Positions 21,801 through 34,043 are shown, numbered from the stretch's first letter. The stretch is DNA of 64,000 nucleotides from Macrostomum hystrix (GCA_950097015.1 CATNEN010000041.1:2666001-2730000); one strand, 5' to 3'. Notes: generated from the sequence alone by a model not told the origin. Numbers and translations: made by a program.

Positions 21801-23659
21801 GTCAGTCTTGACCCACCCCTGAGACAGTCTTGACCCACCCCTGAGACAGTCTTGACCCACTCCTGAGACAGTCTTGACCCGCTCCTGAGACAGTCTTGAT
21901 CCGCTACTGAGCCATTCTTGACCGCTCCTAAGCCAAAGCCAGACGCCCAACCAACAGCAGTTCTCACCCTGCTTGATGCTGGCGTAGCGACCGTTGAAGG
22001 CCTTGACGGCAATCTGCGGGTAGCTGTCCTCCAGCACGAACAGCTCATCCTTGGACACGGTCTGGTTCTTCGTCTTGCTGGTGCCCGTGGCGCCGATGTT
22101 GGTCAGAAAGCGGCCTGCGCAGTCCTGCGGACGGATTTTAGGGCGGATTTAGGGCGGATTTGAGGGCGGAGGTCAGGGCGGAGTTGAGGGCGGAGGTCAG
22201 GGCTGAGTTGAGGGCGGAGCTTGACGGCGGAGATAAGGGTGGAGGTGAGGGCGGAGTTGAGGGCGGATTTAAGGGCGGATTTGAGTGCGGACTTGAGGGC
22301 GGAGGTGAGGGCGGAGGTGAGGGCGAAGTTGAGGGCGGATTTAAGGGCGGATTTAAGGGCGGATTTGAGTGCGGACTTGAGGGCGGAGGTGAGGGCGGAG
22401 TTGAGGGGGAAGTTGAGGGCGGAGTTGAGGGCGGAGATAAGGGTGGAGGTGAGGGCGGAGTTGAGGGCGGATTTAAGGGCGGATTTGAGTGCGGACTTGA
22501 GGGCTGATGTGAGGGCGGAGGTGAGGGCGAAGTTGAGGGCGGAGTTGAGGGCGGAGTTAAGGGCGGACTTTAGTTCTAAGATACATAGTACAATCTCAGG
22601 CTGCCAACCGAGCAGTCTCACCTTGAAGGCCAATCCGGGGCAGGGTCCGCAGTGCACCTGGATGGAAAAGAGCGCATCGGGGTCGGCCAGCCGGTCCAGG
22701 AGCTCGCCGCTGCGGGCCAGGTAGCGACCGTCGGAGGCGCGGATTGCCACGCGGCCGTCCCGCTGCATGAGAGTGATGAGGCTCTCGGCGCCCCATGGGT
22801 TCACTCGGTCGGCGGAGATCTCGCCGCCGCCGAGGCGCAGGTAGCGGCTGCGGTTCAGGTTCTTGACGTGCACCTGCGGTTGGAGAATTCGGCATTTTAG
22901 GGGTAAGGAAACCCGCTGCCTCGCACTTGAATTGCAACTGAAAACTCTTGAGTTGATATAGCTTTCGATGCAGCTTTCTTAGGATATTTTGGTTAGTTTC
23001 GAAAGTTGCGGGTGCAGGTGCGAAAACTGAAGGTGCCCCAGCCTTCTGAGTCCAAACCCACCTGCGGGTGCAGAGCGAGCTGGCAGGTCCACCAGACGGG
23101 CGTCTTGGAGAAGCACTTGACCCGGTCCTCCTCGCCTGAGAAGTACAGGCCGTGCTGGGCGCTCTTCAGGGCCCACTGGACGCTGTCGGGCGCGTACTCG
23201 ATGATGAAGCGGGTCTCGGGCCCAGCCTCCTCGCTGGAGCAGGTCACCAGGCCGTCCTTGTCGGCGGACAGAAACCTGGAGGGATGTTGTGGGCAGCTGT
23301 AATCCCCTGTCACAATCCCACAGCCGCGCGCACCCCCAAAAAACCCCCGTCCAGACGAACCTGTTCAGGTGCGACTTCAGGCACACGGTGGACGGCTGCG
23401 CGGCGTCGGGCACCAGCACCCAGGTCTGGCGCATCCGCAGCGACACGCCCGACACGTTCAGCTTGAAGCCGAAGGGCTCCGCAGTCAGGAACTTGCCACC
23501 GGAGTTGCGCAACCCGACGCGCCACTTCAGAGAATCGTCCGGCTCCGCCTGCTGGAGTGCCGCCAGCTTGGCTGACAGGCCATTAGACTCCGAGGCCTTG
23601 CCGTTCACTCCGTTGCCATTGGCAACCCGGCCTGGGATTGCGCCACCGTTCTGATCCAT
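18811..23659 (-). CDS. FSCN: Fascin (singed-like actin-bundling beta-trefoil protein), 7 exons, about 524 aa
   Basis: Exons 23659-23361, 23275-23062, 22873-22622, 22124-21968, 20173-20014, 19563-19274 and 19013-18811, all GT-AG and phase-consistent (1575 nt). Motifs: KFLTAEPFGFKLNVSGVSLRMRQTW, LALHPQV, SKDELFVLEDSYPQI, SANQ...ETYQLE, LLNRPIVVFRCDFGFVG, and a C-terminal LWEY. Confidence 0.95.
19606..20000. repeat. 14-bp minisatellite, about 28 copies, in fascin intron 5
   Basis: Near-perfect array of the unit gatcccagatctcc. Confidence 0.97.
20305..21045 (+). mobile_element. tRNA-derived SINE containing an internal 24-bp minisatellite (20387-20988, about 25 copies), in fascin intron 4
   Basis: A-box-like tggcactgaccagtgg and B-box ggagttcgaatccc. 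Unit tgtgagatgggtgccagcattagc matches atgggtaccagcattagctg in the 32849 SINE. The sequence after the array resumes weak similarity to the SINE body. Confidence 0.7.
21800..21925. repeat. 22-bp minisatellite, about 5 copies, near the fascin intron 4 donor
   Basis: Unit cctgagacagtcttgacccacc with variants. Confidence 0.9.
22131..22569. repeat. 12-bp G-rich minisatellite filling fascin intron 3
   Basis: Units gggcggatttga, gggcggagttga and gggcggaggtga. The array ends a few nt from the acceptor AG. Confidence 0.95.
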
Positions 23660-25500
23660 GCTGGCCACGAACTGCTCGAGCAATCAGTGAGTTCATTGGC
23701 TAGCTTACAAAGAGTTACAGAGAAGCCCTGAGGGATGTTACTGACTTGTCGGAGGGATCCAGAGGGAAGTTCTGTTGACATGAAGGAGCCATGAAGGCTT
23801 GAGTCTGTCAACTGAGTACAATTGTTATTTATTTGGTCATTGCCAAAGTTCAGCTGAGGCTGCGTGCCCGCGTGTTCACTGGTGACTCACGCAAACCCGA
23901 ATAAGCATTGGCAGCCGCCAGATCTGCAGCTGCACCCAAAGCTCCGGCCCCAGCTTTCGGACAGATTCATTTCAGCACATGGAGCTCTGAATCTAGAAAG
24001 CCTTTTTCCGGACCAGTATGGGCTGACTGGCTGTCAAAAATACACTGGGCAGATAGGAAATTCTTACGCACCACTTGGAGAAAAGCATTACTAACTTCCG
24101 TATCGTACAACCGATTTTCACAATGTTTATTGCATTAGAAAGCTAAATAAATTCTCTACAGTTCAGTTGAAGCTTGCGCGTCTACCTGTGTTAGCTACTG
24201 GGCTGTGCTTTAGTAAAGTGAAAGGAAGACAAAAACTGCCACCTAGCAGTGCACGACATTAGAAAGTTGTAATGCAGAAAATGTTTTATTAATTGCCCGA
24301 TTTTAGCGAAATTTAGCTTAATTTATAAAAAATCAATACCTATGGAATGAACTAATAAACTTTTCGAAATAGCGAAAAAGAAGAACATTTTCTGCACTAC
24401 AAACCTTGCCAATTTTTGTCTTAAAGATGACAAATTTCGTATTCCTTAAACTTCATTTAAGTTTAAAACCCGGAAAATGGGGTTTGTCTCCCTAGTTTCT
24501 AGATTCAGAGCTCGTATGGCCTGCAGCACAAAAACCTGTGAACCAGCGCTTGCTGGTCTAGGCAAATTGATTTCATTCTTGGTCGGCAATCAGTTCAACA
24601 ATGGACTAAAAATGTTTCACTTCCAACGAATTGCAGTCCATGCAGTGCACTTTCATGCTGAGCCGGCCGCATCACGTGACTCTGAGCTCCGTTGCTGTCC
24701 TGTCTTTGTGTTATTTGCAATACAATGGGCGTGACTCAGCCTTAGTGGAGCCCTGGATCTAGGCTTTGCTAGTTTGCCTCAGTGTCTCAGGGCGGGTCCC
24801 GAAAATTTCCAATTCCAAATGGCTAGGGTTTAGGATTGCATCACTGAGGCTTCTGAGAAATTCCCATTGTACTCGACTGCAGCTGCTTTTATTATCTCAA
24901 TTATCGCCCTTGAGGCCCACACACATGAAGGTCAGTCTGCCGCACGTTGAGCTCAGTGTGAGTAGCTCGGATAGTTGAGTCACTGCTCACTCAGTGCTAT
25001 TGCCTAATCCACCCAAATAAATGTTAGTCTTGTTTATTCAATGGAGGCATTAGGTAATCCAGGTCGGACCCCAGTCTTGAGGGGTGATTCAGACAGTGTT
25101 CTCAAACCGTGGCGGATAGCCTCTGCACTGAGTGAACTCACCGCCTTCAGCTCCAGCTGGAATTCGGTCGGAGCATCCGCACTGAGGTCCCCGGGGCGCT
25201 GCATCTTTCGCGGAGCTGTGCTCAGCCGTGTCTCACTTTCTCTGCTCAACTTTGCCAGAACTGGCGCGGCTTTGAGCAGCTCAGAAATAAAAAACGGAGA
25301 CAGACGCGAACTGCTCAAGCAAATTCGCACAGCCCGAGCCCAACTCGAATGGTTGCCATGCTGTGGCTGCCACCCGCAGTAGCCATGGCTCAGCGGCCAA
25401 CAATAGTGCATTTCCCACACACATAAAACTCAGAAGCACAGCTCGGTTCTCTTCGATTGGCGCCAGGGAAATCTGGCCTGAAATTTATGGCGAATCTGAG

Positions 25501-25535
<35 letters not shown>

Positions 25536-26809
25536 CTAAAGCAATTTGTTCCGAACTAAACTGATTTCACTGCCCAATAGCGACTGGAATCAAAAGTAGC
25601 ATTGCAATGCATACGACTAATTATCACAACCCGTCACCGAACGAGCTTGTTAAACTTTAAACTCGGCAGAAACTGCTCGGGGTCCAGCTAATGCCCCGGT
25701 GTTCCCAGCACAAACAATCAGTACACATGCAAGCAGGAAAACAAAGAAGCAGAAGTGGTAAGAAGCGGTTATTACCTTTCTGGTGACGCAGCGAATGAAA
25801 AGCTGGCAGAAATAGTGGAAGAAGAGCTCGGCTTTGAGGGTCCTGTCAGACAGACGAATGCGAAGCACTGCTGGCAAGGCCTGCTGAATCACAAAGTAAG
25901 GAAAGAACTGGGCGGCCCTTTAGCAGAGATGAGGCGCGCTTCTTAAAGCGTCCCTGGCGCCCACCCCGCCTCCGCTCCCATTCCTGGGTTGGCTGCCGGC
26001 CTCCTGCTCTCAACCCCAAATACGGAGCGGGCGGGTGCCTCACTTGGGGGTTACGTGTCTACACCGACCTACCCCTTGTCCGACCCCTTGCTCTCCCATC
26101 TCCCGGTCGTATCCCCCTTCACAGTATCGATTTTTTGTTTCGCTGTAAATATATCCCCACAATGACGGGATACGTGATGCGAAGTGGCGACGGACAGGGA
26201 GTTAGGTAAGATTCATGACACAGTCAGAATCAAGAAAGCATGAAAAATCTTCCTCGGACAGCAAATTTGCTTAATCATCCATTTGTTTGTGTGGTATTTA
26301 TTCAATACAAATTTTTGTTTGTAAATGTGTAATCGCATTGTAAAACCTATTTTACAACTTTGCATTGATCAATTCCAATTTAGATTCGACTTACCAAGCA
26401 TTAGAAAGTCTAAGTTTCAATCAGTATAATATAAGCATTTACTTCAGTGCGTACCAAACTTGCTATTCATTTCCCTTTCGAAATGCGAAAGCGAAAAGCA
26501 AAAATCAAGGGATGTGAATACGTGTTAAGTAAGGCCACGTTACGATGGATAAGTGTTTTATATACTAAGTACTAGCATTTTTTTGCCCGTTGTTTTTGGG
26601 GCAGAAATTTAAAGCAAAGCAGTAAGCAATTCACGTCTCTGTATTAACTTTATAGTGAAGGTCACCATTTATTTATTAACTGCATTAATGAAAAGTGAAG
26701 AGTTTGTTTAAGGGCGTTTTAAGTAAAAAATAAGTGAAAAGTTTGTCCAAACAGCCCCCTCTTGATTACTTCTTTAGAAACATGTCTCTTAGCCACTCCT
26801 CTATACAGT

Positions 26810-27105
26810 CAGTGGCAGATCCAGGAATTTTGTTTTGGGGCGGTCTGTCAGGGGAGCGCCATGAGAATCACAGAGGGGGTGCCAGCGGCCGAAAAAGGGC
26901 GCCAGGAGCCAAGAAAGGGCGCCAGCGGCTGAAAAACGGGAGCCAGCGGCTGAAAAAGGGGCGCCAGCGGCCGAAAAGGGGCGCCAGTGCTGCGACTGTG
27001 CTGCGCCAGTGCTGCGACTGGCGCCCCTGGTGGGGGCATCTTATTCCCATGATTAAAATTTAGGGGGGCGACTGCCCCCCCGCCCCCCCCCTAAATCTGC
27101 CTCTG
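26810..27105. mobile_element. hAT-type MITE, 296 bp
   Basis: TIRs CAGTGGCAGAT and ATCTGCCTCTG, flanked by a perfect 8-bp TSD TATACAGT (26802-26809 and 27106-27113). An 8-bp TSD with CAG termini is diagnostic of hAT elements. Confidence 0.88.
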
Positions 27106-27259
27106 TATACAGTATGCATGTACACGCGTATACATAAGGAAAATAGCCATGGCATAACAATAACAATGTCAAAGAAACAAAATTAAACTGTTTCAGAGTT
27201 CAGAGTTAGACAGGTCAAGGTCAATTCGTGACTACTTTTCTATTAATTGCTTGCGATTC

Positions 27260-27523
27260 GTGGCTCAGGAGCCAGAGTTGCCATTCACAGAAGCAGTGTT
27301 TAACGAGGCCCTGCTGCGCATTGAGGACAAGGTGCTGGAGTTGACCGATCGCTATCTAGATTCTTTTGGACTCCCAAAAGCAAACAGGACAGGACAACAG
27401 GACAACCTGTGCAGGGAGATGCTGCGAGAAAGAGGCTATGACCAGCTGGGACAGTTCATAGAGGAGAATGAGCCCCGACTCATGCCTGAGCAGCTAGAGG
27501 CGTACCGCGAGCTATTGTGCAGA
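27260..27523 (+). pseudogene. Helitron RepHel fragment (segment just upstream of the Pif1-like helicase domain)
   Basis: FTEAVFNEALLRIEDKVLELTDRYLDSFGLPKANR...REMLRERGYD...FIEENEPRLMPEQLEAY resembles the recalled Helitron segment IYNEALxxIED...LGMPxPxR...NxxxLNxEQRxVY. It is truncated by the inverted duplication. Confidence 0.75.
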
Positions 27524-28799
27524 GCCAGTCGCAGCACTGGCGCCCCTTTTCGGCCGCTGGCGCCCCTTTTTCAGCCGCTGGCTCCCGTTTTTCAGCCGCT
27601 GGCGCCCTTTCTTGGCTCCTGGCGCCCTTTTTCGGCCGCTGGCACCCCCTCTGTGATTCTCATGGCGCTCCCCTGACAGACCGCCCCAAAACAAAATTCC
27701 TGGATCTGCCACTGACTGTATAGAGGAGTGGCTAAGAGACATGTTTCTAAAGAAGTAATCAAGAGGGGGCTGTTTGGACAAACTTTTCACTTATTTTTTA
27801 CTTAAAACGCCCTTAAACAAACTCTTCACTTTTCATTAATGCAGTTAATAAATAAATGGTGACCTTCACTATAAAGTTAATACAGAGACGTGAATTGCTT
27901 ACTGCTTTGCTTTAAATTTCTGCCCCAAAAACAACGGGCAAAAAAAGCTAGTATATATATAGATAAAAGCGATCCACTTTATTATTCCGTTAAATGATTC
28001 ATTTGCATGCAAAATGTGAAGTAGATCGAGAAATGATTAGTATGCCAGTTCTCTATTTTTGTACAGTCACAAAAAATTCCCGTACTCTAAAAGTAGAGCC
28101 AAAATGTTTAGTATGAATTTTCCGGTATGATAGTTTCCATGCAATGAAAATTAAGTACTAAACTTTTTTCGCGGGTTTTTAATTCAAGATTTTAAGCGAT
28201 TTTTTTATCCAAATATTGTGAACTATATTTGAAACTTAATGTCAAATGGTACTTACTTGTATTAATCTTAAAGTAATCTTAAACTTCAAAAAGTGTATAT
28301 GCTTACAATTTTTGTTGGTAATAAATACGAATAAAATTGGTCCAATTTTTGTAGAATTTGCACACATAATTGGTAAAAAATTGGTAAAGCTTAAAAAATA
28401 TTTTAGCTTTTCACAAATATTTTTATACAATTTCAGGATCTGAATGGTACAGACATGTGTTATTTTTGAAGCCAAAAAATGAGATAAAGTGCAAATAAAA
28501 GAAAAAGTATACTATGATGTTCTCATGCTATCTGTAAGACATCCATTTGACCAGGAAACTCAAACAGTAAACTTTTTGGCACTGGAAAAATCAAACTGGT
28601 TTTGTTTTTACCTTTACCTACCAACTAAAGAGTCAGTAGTCTCATTTTTGTGCCAGTGTAAAAAATATGTGTATATATGAAAGTATATATAAAATGATAC
28701 ATAAAAATTAAAAATTAGCCACTAGCTTATTAACTAAGCTTCTAAGTAATTTTTAGCAATAATAGCTGCAATCATTTGGTGACACTAGACCTGCAGCCA

Positions 28800-29090
28800 G
28801 CAAGGAGGCAATTCAGCCTATTTTGTTGACTCCTGAGCACACCCCAAACACAGACACTGTATGCAGGCACACACTCACATAGGTATGTACATCTGTCCTA
28901 GATTTCTCATTGTCAGGCAGTTTATACTTTCACTGTGCCTAGGACATGGGCCTCAATGGCATAAAAGGCACAATAAGTCCCCAAACCTTCTCTCGATGTC
29001 TGCACCCCAAATAAATGTGGCCTCACTGTGGAATTGAGCTCGGGGGACCTTGGTGCAAGTGACTAACAAGTTGACCACTCTGCTACTCAT
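28800..29090 (-). mobile_element. Possible degenerate tRNA-derived SINE of a second family
   Basis: The minus strand has a perfect A box TAGCAGAGTGG and a degenerate B box GCTCAATTCC at tRNA-like spacing. The 3' boundary is uncertain. Confidence 0.4.
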
Positions 29091-29415
29091 TACCAATCAT
29101 TTTCAAATTCAGAAAAAAACAAAACAATTCGAAAACAAAAATGCTCCTTAATAGTGGCATTTATTAAATAAGCTAAAAAAATTGAATACTCATCTAGTGA
29201 CAAAATTATTTATTTGTGTAAAGATAGCAAATAATGTTTTTGATTTTGTGTGCTTGCATTAAAAGGAATATAAAAAATGTATATAAAAATATAATTTCCT
29301 GTTCACTGCCAAAATTAATTTCCAGTCGCCAAGCAAAGGTGAACTGGCCACTCAGTCACCCAGCACCAGCAGCAGCCAGGCAGCAGTCGCACCTCCCCCC
29401 AGCCAGAGCCAGCCA

Positions 29416-30189
29416 ATGCGCAGCCAAGCCAACGGCGGCAGCGGCATCGAGGGAGGCGCCGCCTGGGAGGCTGCTAGGCGGCGGGCGCGCCAGCTGGAGT
29501 CGGCACTGGATCGCCAGCTGGTGGAACTGGCCAGCTGCTGGCGACACAGTGATGCGGCCTCTGATGATAGGGGCGACTCACACGACGCCGAAGTTGAGCG
29601 GCTGCTCGGCGAGCTGGAGGTCTGCCACCAGCGCATGGCCGCCGCTACCGCCGAGGCCGCCGCCGCCGCCAGGGTTGGAGGCAGCTGGGGTCGCCACTGG
29701 CAGCTACAGCGGCACCGCGACACCCTGGCCGAATACCGGCGCGAGTGGCTCCGTGTTGGCCGCCGTTGCTGGGCGGCTGCCACCGCTGCCGCAGTAGCCG
29801 CTGTGGCAGCGGCTTCCTCAGTGACTGCCATCGGAGACTTTAATGACTCGGCCTCGCCGCCGCCGTCTCCACCACCGCCCCAGTCGATGCACCAACAGCT
29901 GCAGCAATCGCAGGCGACTTCCAAGGTGCGCCAGGATGCCACCCTCATCGAAATCGGCGTCTGCGTTGATCCCGACAACGATTCTGCCGACTCGTTGCTG
30001 TCAACACCGTCACAACAACAGCAGCCTCTGTCCTGGCCCTGTCCACAGGATCTTCTGCGTCGCCTTGTCTGGCGTCGAGCTGGTCGCCGGCTTCGAGGGC
30101 CTCGCCGACCACGTGACGCAGCCGCCGCATGTGTTGGAGCCGCCTGTTTGCTCATGCTAATGCTGGCGTACGTGTTTCTATTCAGGTGA
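29416..30189 (+). CDS. Intronless, divergent GOSR1/GS28-like Golgi Qb-SNARE, 257 aa
   Basis: WEAARRRARQLESALDRQLVEL, EVERLLGEL and LQRHRDTLAEYRREW match recalled GOSR1 motifs (WEDLRKQARQLENELDLKL; LQRHRDILQDYTHEF). It ends in a basic RRPRD and a C-terminal TM anchor (CVGAACLLMLMLAYVFLFR). Confidence 0.75.
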   Translation: MRSQANGGSGIEGGAAWEAARRRARQLESALDRQLVELASCWRHSDAASDDRGDSHDAEVERLLGELEVCHQRMAAATAEAAAAARVGGSWGRHWQLQRHRDTLAEYRREWLRVGRRCWAAATAAAVAAVAAASSVTAIGDFNDSASPPPSPPPPQSMHQQLQQSQATSKVRQDATLIEIGVCVDPDNDSADSLLSTPSQQQQPLSWPCPQDLLRRLVWRRAGRRLRGPRRPRDAAAACVGAACLLMLMLAYVFLFR

Positions 30190-31817
30190 CCTGCACCAGT
30201 CTCTTGGTAGCTTCTACATCTCTTCCCGCAGAATCCTGCTGTCTGATTCATCCGCACAGATTGTATCGTGTTTGCGATTGCTCGTTTGTTATTCACATTT
30301 CTCTTACGGTGGTACATTGCCAGCTTGTTTATTACAGACTTGGTTAGGCCGCTACCAGCAGTGAGTAGCTGCCATGTGGAATGACGGCTATTCTAGTTGT
30401 ATTGCTTTCGGAACCCCAAGCCCTGTGCCTATAAAGCCATGTCTGTGTTGCACCTTCTCGCCTTAAGCTGCTTTTCAAAGCCACGATGGGGGCATTCTCT
30501 GTTTGTGACGCGCATTTCTTATCCCACCTCTTATCCAATGCCCCAGAAGCCATCAGTCGCTCAGTTTTTCTTGTATAGACGCGATGCATCAGGCTTTGGT
30601 CGCCTGCGTGTACATAGTGTGTGCCAGTGTCAGTGTTCGACAGTTTTTATTTCCCTTGTAAGAATAGAAAATGGTGACCTTGTTTTTGTGAAAGAATTTA
30701 TTATGCTCATTCTCAATGCCATGCTAAGCACAGAGTTGGAGCAGTTCTTAGCGAGTCAGTGGTCAGTTCTTGATGCTGTCAGATGGAGGCTATAATGCTT
30801 AGAGTAAATTAAGACCCTCTAAAATCGGAGTGGTTCCCTGGCCACCATCCAACAATGCTTATCTACCTGGCATAATCTTATGTATTATCCTGCCATCAAT
30901 ATCCATTTTGTTTCAGATTGATTATTTTGCTCGCGGTTGCAGGTCACAAAAACTGTTAGGTTTTGTTTTGTTATCTATGCTATTTTCTTCTCCAGTACAA
31001 TGCGAACAATTGCTGATGTAGCCGTATTTACGCATCTTTTATCCTGCAACCTGGCCGCCTTTTACTAGGCCAGCCTCTGCTCAAAGCTCACCTCAATACT
31101 ATGTACAATGCTGATATCATCCATGAGTGTCAGCAGCAGATTCTGAACAAAGCTGAGCTACTCCTTGATGCTACCGCGCGTGTCTATTGGCGCTGGTCGA
31201 GGACTTTGTGATTACCGAATAAATAACAGCCAACTGGATTTCTTCCGACTAAGCGCTGCCACCCGTGGTTTACTTAGCTTGACATCACTCCTGGCAAGGA
31301 CTTGAGACTTACAAACTTTTAACGTGACTGGGACTGCTTATAGTAAGAACAGATTCAAGAACCTAATGAGAAGCCGAATAAACATGTTGCTAAGAAATCC
31401 AATGGCCAACTATCTGTGCCCAGTCAAGGAATAAAGGCAGCAAAAGTTTGTATTTCAATTGCACAGTCTGGCAATAATTTGAAAACGCTTGATTTAAGAA
31501 AGTGCAGATGATAAAAAACACGAGGCATCTGCTCAATAAACATGGCGGCTGTGGACTACAATCAACTAGCTAATTAATAGAAAAACATCAGCAAGCAGCT
31601 CACAATTTCACGGGTAGCAGCACCTGGCAACTATGGGATCACGGGTTACAAGACAATCAGATCATGCTGAATAGGCTAAGCGAAACGACCAATCATAGAT
31701 CCTGAAATTCCAAAGTGTCTCTGTTGTTAGGCCTCTCAATCCATTGGATGGCCCCTTGGGCACTACAAACTGCAGCCGATCGGGTTGCAGATGGAATTGA
31801 CTAAACAGCCCAGCAGC

Positions 31818-33467
31818 TCAGGGCATCATCCTGAGCGCTCCATCCAGCCGGATGCACTCCCCGTTGAGCATGGGATTTGTGATGATGGCCTCGACCAGGT
31901 GGGCATACTCAGCCGGGTCGCCGAGGCGTTGCGGGAAGGGCACGTTGGCCGCAAGCAGCTTGCGTGCCTTCTCGGGAAGCTTTGCCAGCAGCGGCGTATC
32001 GAACAGGCCTGCGGGAAAGCGACGGGCATCACTAAGTTACTAGGCATCACTAAGGACAACCAGGTATCACTAGGCCTCTAGATAGCTGCTAAACACTCAC
32101 CCGGCGCGATGGTGACAACTCGGATGCCGATGGGGCTAAGGTCCCTGGCCATGGGCAGGGTAAGGCCCACAATGGCGCCCTTGCTGGCTGAGTAGGCCAC
32201 CTGGCCCACCTGACCATCATAGGCGGCCACGGAAGCCGTGTTGATCAGCACGCCGCGGGCACCGTCCTCATTGGGCTCATTCTTGGCCATGAGCTGGGCG
32301 GACAGGCGGCAGACGTTAAAAGTGCCGAAGGTGTTTACCTCCAGCACTCTGGCGAAGTCCTTCAGCGGGTGTACGGCGTCCTTGTTCCAGTTGTAGGTAC
32401 GCTGGGCAATGCCGATGCCGGCGCAGTTGACGGCCACATCCAGGCCACCGAACTGCTTGACGATGGCGGCCAGGGCGTCTCCCACCTGCTTCTCGCAGGT
32501 GACGTCGGTCTTGTGAAATGCGGCGCCTTTAGGCACGCTGTCCTGGCCGGCCACATCGCAGGCCATGACGCGAGCGCCGCCCTCTAGCAGGCGCTTCACT
32601 GTGGCGCCGCCGAGGCCGGAGCCACCGCCAGTGACCAGCACGCGAAGACCCTGGCGAGAAGTGGCATGTCGGCTGGTTTAGGAATTGGCTTACACACAGT
32701 GCATGAAAGCTTTACGGGGTAGTTATTTCAATCATTCTGCACCTGTGCTGTGCTAAACATGTTAGTAGCAATACTGACTCAGGTCGTATAAGCACATAGA
32801 ATGGCATAGAAGCCAAAGCAACGTCAGCACTCAGTTTTAAAATTAACAGGGATTGTAGCCTTGTGGTTAGTGCGTCGGACTCACGACTTCAAAGTCGGAG
32901 GTTCGATTCTCGACACTACTGGAACAATTTGTGTCCTTTAGCAAGACACGGAACTCTGCATTGCTTCAATTCACCCATTAAATGGGTACCAGCATTAGCT
33001 GGGGTAATTGAGGGTGGGTGTGGCGTCCCCCCAGTCCATGGACTGAACAGTTGTATGCAGCCTTCAGATGCACTGCGCAATAGCTGTGACTGTGCTGTCG
33101 GCTGCACATCTGGCCCTATTGGGGCAGGTGCAATCAATTATTATTTTTTAGATAAATTAAACGAACTTTGACTATTGTAGAACGTGGCTGAAAAACCATG
33201 CCACTATTCTTAACCCAAACTAAATCACACATAGTTACTCGTTGTCAACAAAAAAGCACTTATCTTAATATTGCTAAGATCATGCTTTTCCTTTCACTCT
33301 CATTTATTGTAACTTTTGATAACATCGATATATATTTATTTCAGACATTGACTCTACTTATAATTAATATATTTAGTACATGCAGAATGTATCTGCAATT
33401 AAAGTGCAATATTTGATGAGATGCAAAACATTAAACTTACCTTCACAGAATGAACTATATGAGCCAT
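31818..33467 (-). CDS. HSD17B10: 3-hydroxyacyl-CoA dehydrogenase type-2 (HSD17B10/scully), 3 exons, 255 aa
   Basis: Exons 33467-33441 (MAHIVHSVK|gtaagt), 32650-32101 and 32008-31818, 768 nt in frame. Motifs [50 protein letters not shown] and [17 protein letters not shown]. Confidence 0.96.
32849..33150 (+). mobile_element. Apparently full-length tRNA-derived SINE with a CORE-like central domain, in HSD17B10 intron 1
   Basis: A box tagccttgtgg and B box ggttcgattctc. The central gtgtcctttagcaagacac...ctgcattgcttcaattcacccattaaatgggtacc resembles CORE-type SINE domains (from recall). It has an ATT-rich tail and relatives at 3352, 4659 and 20305. Confidence 0.8.
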
Positions 33468-33831
33468 AATATTGTAAACCCTTTAGGAAGTAATGACTGC
33501 AATAAGGAGAAATGTGTTATAAGAGTCTTCAAGCAAATCAGAAAGCTTTCTACAAGTATGTTACCCTAGCATAGAGGCCAGAACATATAACTGCATTAGT
33601 TTATTAACCATTCGTTTGAATATTGAACTTAATATACAAAAAAATAATGTCATTCATAGCTAGTAAAAAATGTGTATAAAATATTATACAGCCTATAAGG
33701 AATGAAAGATAAGAACTAAGAGTATAAATAGGTTCCTTAAAACTTTCAATTTACAAATGTACATCCAGATTTGACACTCCACAATCAAAACATAAAAATA
33801 GGGCCTAGGCCTAATGGCTAGTCACATTGTC

Positions 33832-33979
33832 ATCCACATGTATGAGTATACAGAATAAAATGCTGAATTTGGGGTTTGCAATCCACATGTATGAGTATAC
33901 AGAGTAAAATGCTGAATTTGGGGTTTGCAATCCACATGTATGAGTATACAGAGTAAAATGCTGAATTTGGGGTTTGCAT
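33832..33979. repeat. 49-bp tandem repeat x3
   Basis: Unit ccacatgtatgagtatacagagtaaaatgctgaatttggggtttgcaat. Confidence 0.9.
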
Positions 33980-34043
33980 AAAGCCAGGAGGCTTGGAAAG
34001 ATGAGCAAAGTTATTACAATAAACCAGGGGTTGGCAAACTCCA

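Larger units (their letters stand above)
26570..27953. repeat. Inverted duplication with about 430-bp arms (about 26570-26998 and 27524-27953)
   Basis: The same translation MKSLSKQPPLDYFF...RGASAAT appears at 26734(+) and 27790(-). The arms match by eye. Confidence 0.93.

Noticed and set aside
10388-22569. Regular arrays that could be mistaken for CRISPR
   Set aside because: There are no unique spacers and no cas genes, and the context is spliced eukaryotic genes.
22103-22873. Fascin exon 3 reading through into (SALK/SALN)n repeats
   Set aside because: A stop-free 12-bp unit gives this by chance. The intron is 497 nt with canonical splice sites, and retention would truncate fascin.
25502-25534. 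(CTG)11 microsatellite and nearby short ORFs (25034-26043)
   Set aside because: No recognisable domain and no consistent exon chain.
32849-32925. tRNA-like sequences (also at 3352, 20305 and 29090)
   Set aside because: A and B boxes are present but there is no convincing acceptor stem or cloverleaf, and they continue into shared SINE bodies.
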